Origin: an uncultured Clostridia bacterium
GTDB taxonomy: Bacteria > Bacillota > Clostridia > TANB77 > CAG-508
Assembly (NCBI GenBank): GCA_944393505.1
Contig: CALYAK010000002.1
Coordinates: 37,888 to 101,887 of the forward strand
Direction of reading: 5' to 3'
DNA: 64,000 bases
Shown: piece after piece, positions 51,701 through 62,472 of the stretch
Layout of the letters: the number at the start of each line of letters is the position of its first letter
How positions within the stretch are numbered: the stretch's first letter is position 1
The notes under the pieces: generated by a model
Told to the model about the DNA's origin: nothing
Database searches by the model: none
The model's input: the letters and a program-made list of their open reading frames with translations, nothing else
Position numbers and translations under genes: made by a program

Positions 51701-54700
51701 GGCTTTTAATTCCCAAATATAGATTTTCCGTTTCTGTTTTTGCTCTCGATAATTCAAATTGTTTTTGAATAAAATCAGAATTACGATAAGGTGCTAATTT
51801 TTCGATTTGAAATTCTTCTGATTCTTCTGTATAAAGAACCAAATCAAAGAAAACAGTTTCTTGTGGTTTAATTGTTACCGTTCTTTTCATTGCAATAATT
51901 GGATCAATGGTATAACCAATCTGGCTTTCTAATCTTTCCGATTGTTCAACTGCCTTTGGAATTCCTAAATTTCCTCTTCCATAAAATTTTTCTTTGTCAA
52001 TTTCAAATTCTAATTTTCCAATACAAGAAGCTTCTGTAAATAGCATAGCTGCTAATTTCATACTTTTTTCTTCGTTAGTTCTAGCTTTCCTTTCAACGAC
52101 AATTGCTTCAAAGTCTTCTTGATAATCATAGCGCATAAATAAATTATTAAATGCTTTATGCGCATAATCTTGTTGATTTGAAGATAAGATTGGTTCGAAA
52201 AAGGAGGTAACTTCCATCATTTCTGCTTGCGTTCCATGATTTTTTAATGCAATCCTGCGAATCTCAATTGGCTCATTTGGATCAACTCCAATTTGAAGAA
52301 TCGTTTCCATATTCCCATCCATTCGAGTAAATTTATCTCCATCTGGGAAAAAGGTCACTTTTAATTTATCTGGTTTTGGTGTCTGTGGTAAGAACGCAGA
52401 ACTCCAGATTTTCTTTTTCTTTTTATTTTTGATAAAAAAGAAAATTCCTTGATTTTCATCATCAGTTTCTTTATATCGATTTAAATAAATATTTTTATAT
52501 TTGCTGTAACCTTTTCCATTTTGATCAGTCACAACGGTATATTGATGGTTTGCAATCGCATTTGATATCGGAATATTGGGATTTAATTTTAAATACGTTC
52601 TTTCACTATAGGCATCATAATCATTTGGTTTAATTTTTTCTACTTTTTCTTTTTCTTCTTTTGTAATCACGACATCTTCTGGCATTCTTTCTTGTAACAA
52701 AATTTTTACGGATTGAATTTCTGGATTTTCCATCATCCTTTTTTGAATTCGATTATCACCAAATAGATTATTGATCGAAAGCAAAATTAAACCTTGATGA
52801 TGGGCCATATAAGTTCTTACCAATTCATAAGAACGATTTTTACGAAGTCTCGTTGGTGTAAAATCAACGGATTCATAATAGCCATATTTTTGAAACATTC
52901 CACAGTCCTGTAAACGTTTCAAATTTTGAATCACTTCTTTCGGATAATCAACAATTGCTAAGATGCTTCCATAAGATGAAACCACCATTTCATCTGCTAG
53001 TCCTCTTTTTAACCCTAACCAAGGGATTCCAAATGCTTTGTATTGATAATTGTTATATAAATCTTTTAAATGAAATGCTGCTTCCGAAATGCCCCATGGA
53101 ATTCCTAGTTTTTGTGCATATTTTTGTTGACTCATAATCATAAATCGGCAAGATTCATCTAATAAACTTAATGGATATTTTGGAATATTAATATTCGGCA
53201 TTAAATACTCAAATGAAGTTCCAGACCAAGAGATTAACCCTTTGTATCGGTCAAGTACCGTTAATGTTTTGGATAAATTTTGCCAATGTTTTGGTGGAAT
53301 ATCTTTTTTGGCGATAGCAATTAAGCTTGCTTGTCTTGCTTCAGATGCCAATAAATCATAATAGGAATCTGTTAAATGATTTTCTTCTACATCATATCCA
53401 ATCGAAAGCAAACGATTTTCTTTGCTGTATAAAACCGAAAAATCACTATCTCCAATCCATTTTTCTACTTGTTTTTCAAGCTTCTCGATTCGTTCTGTTT
53501 GTTTTGGATATTCTTCTTTTAAAGATTGTAAAAACGATTTTACCACATATAAATAGCCGACAAAATTTCCACTATCAACAGAAGAAATATAGCGTGGGAC
53601 TAAGGGTTCTAATGTTTCAATTTGATACCAATTATATAAATGCCCATTCCATTTCGGCAATTTTTCAATTGAGTTAAACATCTTCTCGTATAAATCTAAA
53701 ACATAGGACACACTTTCCCATTTTAAATCATAACTACTCATAACCGCTAAAAGAGCAAGTCCAATATTGGTAGGAGAAGTACGATAAGCTACTTTTTCTT
53801 TTCGGTCTTCTTGATAATTATCTGGTGGCAAATAGTTTCCTCGTTCATTTAAATGATCTCGGAAAAATAGCCACGTTCTTTTCCCCACTTCTAATAAATG
53901 CTCTTTTTCTTCTTTGGTTAATTGCTCGACTCCTTTTTCTGTCTTTTCTTCTCTTCCCAAGTAGCATAGAATTCCCGGCATCAAAAGCCAAAATATACCA
54001 CAAACCAAAAAGAAAATAGATTGTAAAAATATCCCTAATATAAAGGCCAAAATCCCCATGACAACATTTGCTATCATACTTCGATAATAACTTTCTAAGC
54101 CAGTCTTACAAGTTCTTTCTGCTTCTTCTGCTGTTGTCCATTCTAATAAATGTTTCTTTTGTCTTGTCATACGATAAATTGTTTTACTAATTGCTTTTAG
54201 GTGATTCCAAGCTTTATCCGGTAATGTTCCAATCGTAATTCCTGCTCGCTCAAAACTTGCCTCTACAATTCCAACCGTTTTGGTAAATTTTCTTCGGTTT
54301 TTCTGCCCATCTTTTTGATATAAACAATAGTCTAGCAAATCTAATAAAGATGGTAATATGAGTAAAATACCAAAAAAGATGCCAAATCCCCATACGAAAT
54401 CTTTTCCGAGAATACTCCAAATCGCAACCCATAAAAACAATACAACAAAAAAGATTGGTTGCATTCCTCTCACCAAATTATCAAAAATTTTGTATTTGGA
54501 TAGTCCATTTAATGGGTTATGAACACGATTTCCACTCTCATCCCATATCTCATTTTTCAACCATCGAATAATTTGAAAATCTCCTCGAATCCATCTCGTT
54601 TCTCTCACTCGATAGGATAAGTAATTTTTAGGGTACCCATCCATTAAAAGAATGTCCGATGCCAGTCCACATCTTAAATAGCTTCCTTCTAGCAAATCAT

Positions 54701-56937
54701 GACTTAATACAACGTTTTCTGGAATCTTTCCTTTTAAGACTTGGTCAAAAGTTTTTAAATCATAAATTCCTTTTCCTGTATAAATACCTTCCTGAAAATT
54801 GTCTTGATAAATATCAGAAATTGCATTGGTGTAAGAATCCACACCTCCACTTCCTGCAAAAATCTTAGTAAAATTCGTTTTTAAACTTGCCTCTAAATCA
54901 ATTCCAATTCGAGGCTGAATAATTCCATGACCTCTTATCACCAAATCTTTTTCAGGGTTTAATTTTGGATGATTTAAAATATGTGCCATTGCTCCAATTA
55001 GTTCAAGTCCAGTATTTAATACTAGATCTGTATCCGCATCTAAGGTGATTACATAGCGTACATCCGGTCTTTCTTCCGTTCGAAAACTTACATAAGAAAA
55101 ACCATCTTGCTCTCCCTCTAAAAGACACTCATTAAATTGTGTTAAAAGACCTCTTTTTCTTTCCCATCCTAAATAGCATTCTTCTCCATCACACCAAGTA
55201 CGCTTTCGATAAAGAAAATAGAACTTTTTTTCTTCTCCCTCACTATATTTTTGGTTTAATTTTTCAACCTCTCTGATTCCTGCTTGAATGATTTTGGTAT
55301 CAATTGGTTCTACTTGTTTTGTTCCCGAAGTACAGTCTCCTAATAAAGCAAAATAGAGATTTTCACTTTTATTGGCTAAATAAAATACTTCTAGTTTTTT
55401 AAAGAATTCCTCTACCTTTTTTTCTTGATTTAATATGGTTGGAATCACAATAAAGGTTGCATATTCTTTTGGTACTCCATTCTGGAAATCCAATTTTGGA
55501 ATACGTCTCGGTTTAATTAATTTACCCAAAAGATATTGCCCAATTAGCTTAACACTTTGTACACTTATGCAAAAAGTAAGAATTGCTAATAAGATCGAAG
55601 AAATGAAATTAGCATCAACCTTTTGATGCCAAATCCATCCTTCCCCCCAAGCAATCAAACCTGCAATTAAGATTTGCATCCCTCCAAAGATCATCATTTT
55701 ATTTCGATTCGATAATTTTTTTACTCTTTGTCCTCGAACTTTTTCCGTCAATTCCGTCTTTCCATCATCAATCAAATAATAGCCAATATGTCTTTTTTCT
55801 TCTTCTTTACATTCTCTCTGGCTTAATTCTAAAGCTTTCTTTGCCAAATAGATTTCTGATACACCGCTCTTTTTTTGCCATCTTTTTGATGACATTGCGA
55901 TACCATTCCTTGCTAGAAAAATCCATTTTTTCATAAACACCACATGGATCTTTTTTTAGAATATCTTCTACACTGTTTAGTTTTTCAAAAATTTCAAGGA
56001 AATTTACCCTTTGAATCGTTTTCATACTAGTAATCGAATTTCCCATCGACACTTTATTTAACGCAACATCAAAATGCTCTTTTTTAATCACAGATGCCAC
56101 ATCTGTTCCTAGTTTGTTGGTAATTTCCTCTAATCCATTTAAATACGGATATGCTTTTTTACCATATTTTCTTAAACGATAGGATAAATATTCAATAAAT
56201 GAATATTTTAATTCATCTTCTTTTACAAAACTCTTTTTATATTCCATTCGCTCAAAGCGTTTTTTTCCTTCTTCTTCATTTCCAATCGTTTTTTCTAGAA
56301 TTTCCTCTACTCGGATCTTTTGTACTTGAGAACTATAGATTTTTTCACTAATTCTTCGAATATTTTCGATCAAAGCAATATTTAAGAACAGACTAATCGA
56401 CCAGATTTCTTCCATACTTAAGTCTTTTTTTCTTTGGTAGGCTTCTAGCAGTTGATATAGATTCGTTCGATTAATGTTTGCATCCGTATAGGCAACAATT
56501 TCACAAGCAAGTACATAAATTCTTGCAAATCCCGTATAAGGTCCACTTGCAATTCCAGGAAATTTGCAGTACCTCTTTTGGGATAAATCTTTTAATATAC
56601 TCTTTACACTTCGTTCAATAACGTAATAGTTATCTAAAATCCATTCTCCTGCTGGATGAATCGGAATTTTTCGTTTAATTTGCTCATTTAATAAGTTATA
56701 CACTTCTGTAATCGCTTCAAAATTCTCTTTGACGCGTTGAATCGGATATGTATCTTTATCCGAATAACTCTTAAGAACATGATCGGATGCAATCTTTTCT
56801 AAATAGTCTTCGATTTGACCTTTTTCTAAAGCTGCACCTTTCATATATAGGATTCGATTTTCTTTCAAAATATTCCACTCCTTGTTCTGTCGTTTTACAC
56901 ATATCATCTCCAATTTGTGGATATTTATTCGAAACAA
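48742..56937 (-). pseudogene. cyclic beta-1,2-glucan synthase-like giant gene (N-terminal cytoplasmic domain, GT84/GT2-like membrane glycosyltransferase, GH94 phosphorylase-like domain) fragmented into four ORFs by three frameshifts
   Basis: Collinear ORFs 55807..56937 (376 aa), 51021..55943 (1640 aa), 50135..51127 (330 aa) and 48742..50169 (475 aa) overlap pairwise in different frames. The 1640-aa piece has TM helices, DxD (DADTD) and RETRWIRGD (QxxRW-like) glycosyltransferase motifs. The last two pieces carry GH94 motifs: RTPTVWSHILANETFG...GGYTY, LNGW-MYQ, GGAFGFRDQLQD, HQFEEGDVEHWWH. Each junction maps to an A/T homopolymer (A7 near 55880, T4 near 51090, A4 near 50195). Confidence 0.6.
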
Positions 56938-56940
56938 AAA

Positions 56941-56975
56941 AAGAAGCTTTGCATTTTTTCAAAGCTTCTTTTTAT
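56941..56975 (-). terminator. rho-independent terminator downstream of the C1 peptidase gene
   Basis: 11-bp perfect stem aagaagctttg-catttttt-caaagcttctt, followed on the minus strand by a TTTTTGTTT tract. Confidence 0.5.
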
Positions 56976-56987
56976 CTATAAAACCCT

Positions 56988-59900
56988 TTATTTTCTTGCT
57001 CTTTCAATTCGAATAATTTTTTCATAAATTATAATCGCTGCAATTGCAACTAGCATAATAGATGCTCTAATTACAATTGTTAAGATACTATCACCAGTTT
57101 GTGGAATTGTTCCAGTTTTTTGTGTCGTGTCTAAGTTTCCACTTGTCGTTGTTGGTACATTAGAAGTATTCGTCGAACCTCCAATTGTTGTACCACCGCC
57201 TGAAGTCGTTGTTCCATTTCCGCCACCTATTGTAATACCTCCATTATTACCTGTATTTGTACCCTGATTTGTATTGGTATTCGTTCCTGGATTTGTATTC
57301 GTATTCGTTCCCGGATCTGTATTCGTGTTCGTGCCTGGATTTGTGTTTGTATTCGTTCCTGGGTTTGTATTCGTGTTCGTGCCTGGATTTGTGTTCGTAT
57401 TCGTTCCTGGATCAGTATTCGTATTGGTGCCTGGATTTGTATTCGTATTGGTGCCTGGATTTGTGTTTGTATTCATTCCTGGATCTGTATTCGTGTTGGT
57501 TCCTGGATTTGTGTTTGTATTCGTTCCTGGATCTGTATTCGTATTGGTTCCCGGATTTGTGTTTGTATTCGTTCCTGGATCAGTATTCGTATTGGTTCCC
57601 GGATTTGTGTTTGTATTCGTTCCTGGATTTGTATTGGTGTTCGTGTTTGGATTTTCTGGTTCCGGTTCTGTTAATTGATCCACAATTGAGAAACTAATTT
57701 CTTCATACTCTCCAACGACACTTAAAGTATTAACACTTCTTACTCTTAATGTATATCTTCCCAATTCGGAAATAACAGTAGTTATTCCTGGAGATACGTT
57801 CTTCCAATTGATTCCATCATAGCTGTATTGATATTTTTGAATTCCACATAAAGCACTTCCTCCAGAAATTTTAAACCTTACTGGTCCTAATGTTTCTCCT
57901 CCATCTTCTACATTAATTTCAATCGTTGGCTTTGTTGGAGCTGCATTATCCAAGTAAAAAGCATTACTTCTTACTTTTGTTTCATTACCTTGCGTATCTT
58001 TTGCATAAACCCATAAATACCAGTCTTTTCCGGTTCCATCATTTTTTGTTATGTTGCTACCTGTCGAAAAGCTTGTTTTGAAAGATTCCGTTGTTGGCGT
58101 AGATTCTCCTTGTACCCATTGATAGCGATATGTCGTAACATCGGAATCCATATCATCTGTAACAGTTACTACTGTACTTTGTGATCTTGCGAATCTAGTA
58201 CTACCATTTGTTCCAAAAGTTACAGTTGGACCTGTTTTATCAAAGGTTACTTTGTTATTTTCGTCATAATTAAATACTAATAACGTACTTAAACCAACTT
58301 CATCTGTTACTAAGAAACGATATGGTAGTTTATCGGTAAGAACATCTCCTTCTTCAAAAGCAATTGGAACTTGATTTCGATGAAGTTGGATCGTCAAGTT
58401 GGATACATCCGTAAAGGTTACTTTTAAAGTTTCATAAGTTGCTCCATCTTCTAGATTGATCACTGGAGCTGTACGGTCAATACATACTTCAAATACATCT
58501 GAAGTTGTTCCTTCAATTTGTACATTACTAATGGTTCGAACTTGGATATTAGTTCTTCCTTCTCCTGAAATTTGTATTTGTGCAATATTATTGGCTGCTG
58601 TTAGATCTCCCCAATTCTTTCCCCCATCAATCGTATATTGATATTTCTGAATACCACTTAAAGGTGCTTTTCCCTCGATTTTTAAGATAACATTTTCCAT
58701 GGTAAATTTTCCGCTTACTCCCCCATTTGTTGAAGTAACAGTTGGTTTTTCTGGAACTGTATTATCTAAACAAAATTTATCACTTGAAACAATGATTTCT
58801 TTATCATTACTATCTACTGCATAAATCCATAAATACCAATTTCCTGAACCATCTGATTTTGTAATAGTCTCTCCATTATTAAAAGTTTGTGTAAAAGTAG
58901 ATGTTTCTGGTTTTGTTGTGCTCTGAGTCCATTGATATTTTAAAGTTTTCATACTTGCTGCTCCAGTATCTACTGTAACTGCAGTAGATGCTGTTCTTGC
59001 ATAATTTGAATTTCCTTTTACTGAAAATGTAACACCGTTATCCTCTGCTTCTGTGAAAGCTTTAATTGCAATATTTGTGTCTTTGAAAGTATCATTTAAA
59101 TCACTAAATGACGTTCCTGATTCTAACGTAGAAAAATATGATTGTCCAGCCGATGCTGTTGCTGTTTGCCATTGTGGATATAACATACTTCCATTTGATA
59201 ATAGATTACATTCGAATGGTAAAATGGCTTGTTCTGAATTCGTAAACTTCACAACAACCGCAAATTTATCGTTTTCTAAGGTAACTGGTGTATCTAAAGT
59301 AATTGCTTGATACCCTGGTTCTAAATGAACGGTTGATTTTACTTTTGTTGCAGTTGAAACATTCAAGTCAGAAACACTTTGGTAGTTTGGAACAACATAA
59401 ATTTCTACATCTTCTTCTACTAGTGTACTAACACCAACTTGTTTTAAAGTTTCTTTTCCGGTCGATTGTTTTGTAAAAACATTTGCACCATATAACGTTG
59501 TTGCATAGCCAGTTGATGATGTTCCTGCTCCAACTCCTCTGTTTACCCCTAAATTATCATATTGGTAAATATAATCATAAGATTTTTCTTTTAAAGAAGC
59601 AATGGCATAGCAATTCAATTCGATGTTTACATCTTCATAGGAAACATACATATATCCCTCATCGTAATTTTGTGTACCATGGGAATTTTGAACGATATAT
59701 GCTCCATCTTGTGAAGGTCGGTTATTTGGATTAAAATTACTAGCTGAATATGTGTCATCCCATCCAATAATGGTAATGGCATGATCAACACCTACTGATG
59801 AATCATTACAAAAATAGGCTGACATATCCTCATTAAAATAAGTTGTATCTAGATAGGTCATCGCTGTTACAGATCCATAATTATAGATCGCACTTTTGAT

Positions 59901-60653
59901 TTGTTCACGAATAGAATTAACTTCTGATGATGAGATCGTTTCCCCTGCCGAATCTTTATAAACTAAAGAACCAGTCGAATAATCTTTTTGGATATTGGGT
60001 AAAATGATATATTTTTCAACTTCAATATCTGTTTTAGGAACATTTAACGAACTTGCATTTATTTTTTCATTTGGAGAAGAAAAAGGCATTTCACTTTCTA
60101 AAACAGGTCCCTCACCAGAAGTGAAGTAAGCAAAAGATGCATAAGCATTTCCGCCACTATTAACTGCACGATTAAATACACAATCAGAATATAGCTCAGA
60201 ATTAGTTGCCGTTCCATCACTATATTTATTCGCTGTTGCATACTCTATATGTTTGGGAGAAAATACTTCTGTATTAGAAGTACTTTGCTTATATCGATAA
60301 TGCTCTAATACCGTTGTCGCTGAGAAAGCCCAACAAGATCCTGTTTGTTGCTGATCTTTTACTTTTACAACATTATTTTTTGAAGAATATTGACTCGCCA
60401 TTGCTTTTAAATTAGCAGCACTAAAGAATGAGAAGTTGCTTGTCTTATCGTCATTATATTTTACTGGTATAACAATGGAGTCACCCTTTCCATATTCTTC
60501 AATTGGAAACAAATCTTGCAATTCATATTTTTCCGAAGTTTCTGTTGCATAACTCGGTGGAGCAATTCCAAAACCTAACGCAACAGCTAATGCAGTCGTA
60601 ATCAGTAATGCTTTTGTTTTTCCTTGTTTTTTCTTTTGGTAAGTTTTTTCCAT
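56988..60653 (-). CDS. cell-wall-anchored papain-family (C1) cysteine peptidase with Ig-like repeat modules, PGTNTNT(N/D) repeat stalk and PQTG sortase signal
   Basis: 1221 aa. Signal peptide. C1 catalytic motifs QQQTGSCWAFSAT (Cys), HAITIIGWDD (His), YIVQNSHGT (Asn). Two paralogous ~150-aa modules (..YQWTQS.../..YQWVQG..., GIQKYQY). ~16 copies of an 8-aa repeat. Gly/Thr-rich spacer. C-terminal IPQTGD followed by a hydrophobic helix and RIERARK tail (sortase sorting signal). Confidence 0.7.
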   Translation of the reverse strand: MEKTYQKKKQGKTKALLITTALAVALGFGIAPPSYATETSEKYELQDLFPIEEYGKGDSIVIPVKYNDDKTSNFSFFSAANLKAMASQYSSKNNVVKVKDQQQTGSCWAFSATTVLEHYRYKQSTSNTEVFSPKHIEYATANKYSDGTATNSELYSDCVFNRAVNSGGNAYASFAYFTSGEGPVLESEMPFSSPNEKINASSLNVPKTDIEVEKYIILPNIQKDYSTGSLVYKDSAGETISSSEVNSIREQIKSAIYNYGSVTAMTYLDTTYFNEDMSAYFCNDSSVGVDHAITIIGWDDTYSASNFNPNNRPSQDGAYIVQNSHGTQNYDEGYMYVSYEDVNIELNCYAIASLKEKSYDYIYQYDNLGVNRGVGAGTSSTGYATTLYGANVFTKQSTGKETLKQVGVSTLVEEDVEIYVVPNYQSVSDLNVSTATKVKSTVHLEPGYQAITLDTPVTLENDKFAVVVKFTNSEQAILPFECNLLSNGSMLYPQWQTATASAGQSYFSTLESGTSFSDLNDTFKDTNIAIKAFTEAEDNGVTFSVKGNSNYARTASTAVTVDTGAASMKTLKYQWTQSTTKPETSTFTQTFNNGETITKSDGSGNWYLWIYAVDSNDKEIIVSSDKFCLDNTVPEKPTVTSTNGGVSGKFTMENVILKIEGKAPLSGIQKYQYTIDGGKNWGDLTAANNIAQIQISGEGRTNIQVRTISNVQIEGTTSDVFEVCIDRTAPVINLEDGATYETLKVTFTDVSNLTIQLHRNQVPIAFEEGDVLTDKLPYRFLVTDEVGLSTLLVFNYDENNKVTFDKTGPTVTFGTNGSTRFARSQSTVVTVTDDMDSDVTTYRYQWVQGESTPTTESFKTSFSTGSNITKNDGTGKDWYLWVYAKDTQGNETKVRSNAFYLDNAAPTKPTIEINVEDGGETLGPVRFKISGGSALCGIQKYQYSYDGINWKNVSPGITTVISELGRYTLRVRSVNTLSVVGEYEEISFSIVDQLTEPEPENPNTNTNTNPGTNTNTNPGTNTNTDPGTNTNTNPGTNTNTDPGTNTNTNPGTNTNTDPGMNTNTNPGTNTNTNPGTNTNTDPGTNTNTNPGTNTNTNPGTNTNTNPGTNTNTDPGTNTNTNPGTNTNTNQGTNTGNNGGITIGGGNGTTTSGGGTTIGGSTNTSNVPTTTSGNLDTTQKTGTIPQTGDSILTIVIRASIMLVAIAAIIIYEKIIRIERARK
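57262..57657 (-). repeat. in-frame tandem repeat, 24 bp x ~16, encoding (PGTNTNT[ND])n within the C1 peptidase gene
   Basis: Directly visible near-perfect 24-nt periodicity (ggatttgtattcgtattcgttcct and variants) with synonymous/N-D variation. Causes artefactual long ORFs on the + strand. Confidence 0.85.
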
Positions 60654-60887
60654 AATCCTTCCCCTTATTTTTTAATCATTAAAATATCTTATTCTTATCT
60701 TACAAACTTTTTATTACCAGTGCAATAGAAGGTTTTTCCTGTTTTGCAAAACATTGGAAAAGTCGACAAAAAGCTACTTACGGAAGGTCTTTTTTTCTCT
60801 TTTTTCACGAAAACATTACTTTTTCTTAACAATTTTGTAACAAAATGCAAGAAAAAGCACAAGTGCCTTTACGCACTCATGCTTTTC

Positions 60888-61610
60888 CTAATCCTCTGAA
60901 AAATATTCCATAATTCCATGATAAATTCCCCAAGCTAATTTTTCTTGATAGGAATCTTCTAATAATAATTTTTCTTCCTCTGGATTAGATAAAAATCCAC
61001 ACTCTACAATGGTAGTTGGTATTTCTACATGCTTCATGATATAGACAGAATCTAGTTTCATCGGAACTCTTTTGTTTTCTTTTTGAATCGCATCATTTAA
61101 ATTATTTTGGATTTGATTCGCTAAACGAATGCTTGCTTCATTTCCTTCTTGATAAAAACATTGCCATCCCCAATATTGCTGTTCTGGAATTTTATTCAAA
61201 TGAATGGATACAAAAATATCAGCACTACTTTCATTTCCAATTTTCACACGATTTCTAATATCGGATACTTTCTTTTCTCTTAGTGTTTCTTCTTCTGCAC
61301 TATAAATTGCATTTTCATCTGACCTCGTTAAAACAACTGTAGCTCCACTTTGTTCCAATAAATTCTGCAATTTTAATGCAATTTTTAGATTTGTTTCTGC
61401 CTCTGTCGTTCCTTGATTACTTTCCGCTCCTTCATCTGGTTTTCCATGTCCGGCATCTACCACAATAACATGGTTTGATACAGGTAAAGCGACTGTTTCT
61501 AAAGTTTCACCTTTTGGCTCCGATTCAGCAGTTTGAAAAGTGAAAGCAATTAAACTCATTAAAATCATCCCAGCAAGCCAACTAATCCTTTTACGATTGA
61601 ACATGAACAT
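60888..61610 (-). CDS. cwlD: N-acetylmuramoyl-L-alanine amidase (Amidase_3; CwlD-like)
   Basis: 240 aa. Signal/TM, IVVDAGHGKPDEGAE zinc-ligand motif, FVSIHLN, and CGFLSNPEEE C-terminal motif, as in germination-specific CwlD. Confidence 0.65.
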   Translation of the reverse strand: MFMFNRKRISWLAGMILMSLIAFTFQTAESEPKGETLETVALPVSNHVIVVDAGHGKPDEGAESNQGTTEAETNLKIALKLQNLLEQSGATVVLTRSDENAIYSAEEETLREKKVSDIRNRVKIGNESSADIFVSIHLNKIPEQQYWGWQCFYQEGNEASIRLANQIQNNLNDAIQKENKRVPMKLDSVYIMKHVEIPTTIVECGFLSNPEEEKLLLEDSYQEKLAWGIYHGIMEYFSED

Positions 61611-61668
61611 AAAAAAACTCCCTTATTGATCGTTTCTATATCTATATGAGAGTTTTTCTTTTTTATGC

Positions 61669-62208
61669 TTATTTTCCGTTTTGAAAATCATTGCCCGTTA
61701 ATTCATCATTAATCACATGAATTGGGAATTTACGGTCTTTTAATATCTGATTTAAACATTCTGGTACAAGATGATATTGCTCTATCCTTTCTAAGTCTAA
61801 CCATTCATATTGTAGATATTCTTTTCCTTCTTTATTGTGTAAGGTAATGTCTATTTTTTGATCTGCTTCCTCTTGAAATTCTACTTGATGAATAAAAAAT
61901 ATTTCATGATATTTTCTATTTTGCATTTCAAAAAAGTTTTCAATCGTAGCAGCATATCCGATTACCTGGATGGGTTTTCCTAATTCTTCGAATATTTCTC
62001 TTTTTACCGTTTCTTCTGAATTTTCTCCAATCGTAACTCTTCCCCCTGGTAAACAGTAATGGTCTTTATTGATGTTTTTATGGGTTAATATTTTATGATT
62101 GTGAATGATGATTCCTGCTGCTCTGATATTTAATTTATATTCTTCAACGTCTAAAGTTAAATCCATTTTTCTTTCCTTTTTCCTTTCTCTTTTTTCTAAT
62201 TTTACCAT
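61669..62208 (-). CDS. NUDIX hydrolase
   Basis: 179 aa. Nudix box GGRVTIGENSEETVKREIFEELG (Gx5Ex7REUxEExGU). Confidence 0.75.
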   Translation of the reverse strand: MVKLEKRERKKERKMDLTLDVEEYKLNIRAAGIIIHNHKILTHKNINKDHYCLPGGRVTIGENSEETVKREIFEELGKPIQVIGYAATIENFFEMQNRKYHEIFFIHQVEFQEEADQKIDITLHNKEGKEYLQYEWLDLERIEQYHLVPECLNQILKDRKFPIHVINDELTGNDFQNGK

Positions 62209-62378
62209 GTAAATATTCTTCCAGCAACCAATAAAAAAACAAACATTAAAATTCTTTTTTCTCTTAAAATTTTTGTTTTAGTAAAGGTCAAAACACCGCT
62301 TTCCCCTAAGTGTTTCTCTTTTTATTTCATTAAAATTACAATTTCTTTTCAAAAACATTACAAAAGTGATAATTTTGC

Positions 62379-62407
62379 TTGCTCTCCCCTACGAAAGATG
62401 ATATAAT
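62379..62407 (+). promoter_or_regulatory. putative sigma-A promoter for the downstream + strand gene
   Basis: TTGCTC, 17-nt spacer, TATAAT. AAGGGGG RBS 6 nt before ATG at 62473. Confidence 0.3.
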
Positions 62408-62472
62408 GGCAATGTAATAATATTTACATAAAATATTGTAAATTTAGAACGGAACAAATAAGGGGGATTTTT

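Noticed and set aside
57257-57697. Two long + strand ORFs (146 and 134 aa; YSF/VFV low-complexity) and a CRISPR-like periodic repeat
   Set aside because: They are the opposite-strand shadow of the in-frame 24-bp coding repeat in the minus-strand C1 peptidase gene. Repeats are contiguous with no spacers and no cas genes, so this is not a CRISPR array or real coding sequence.
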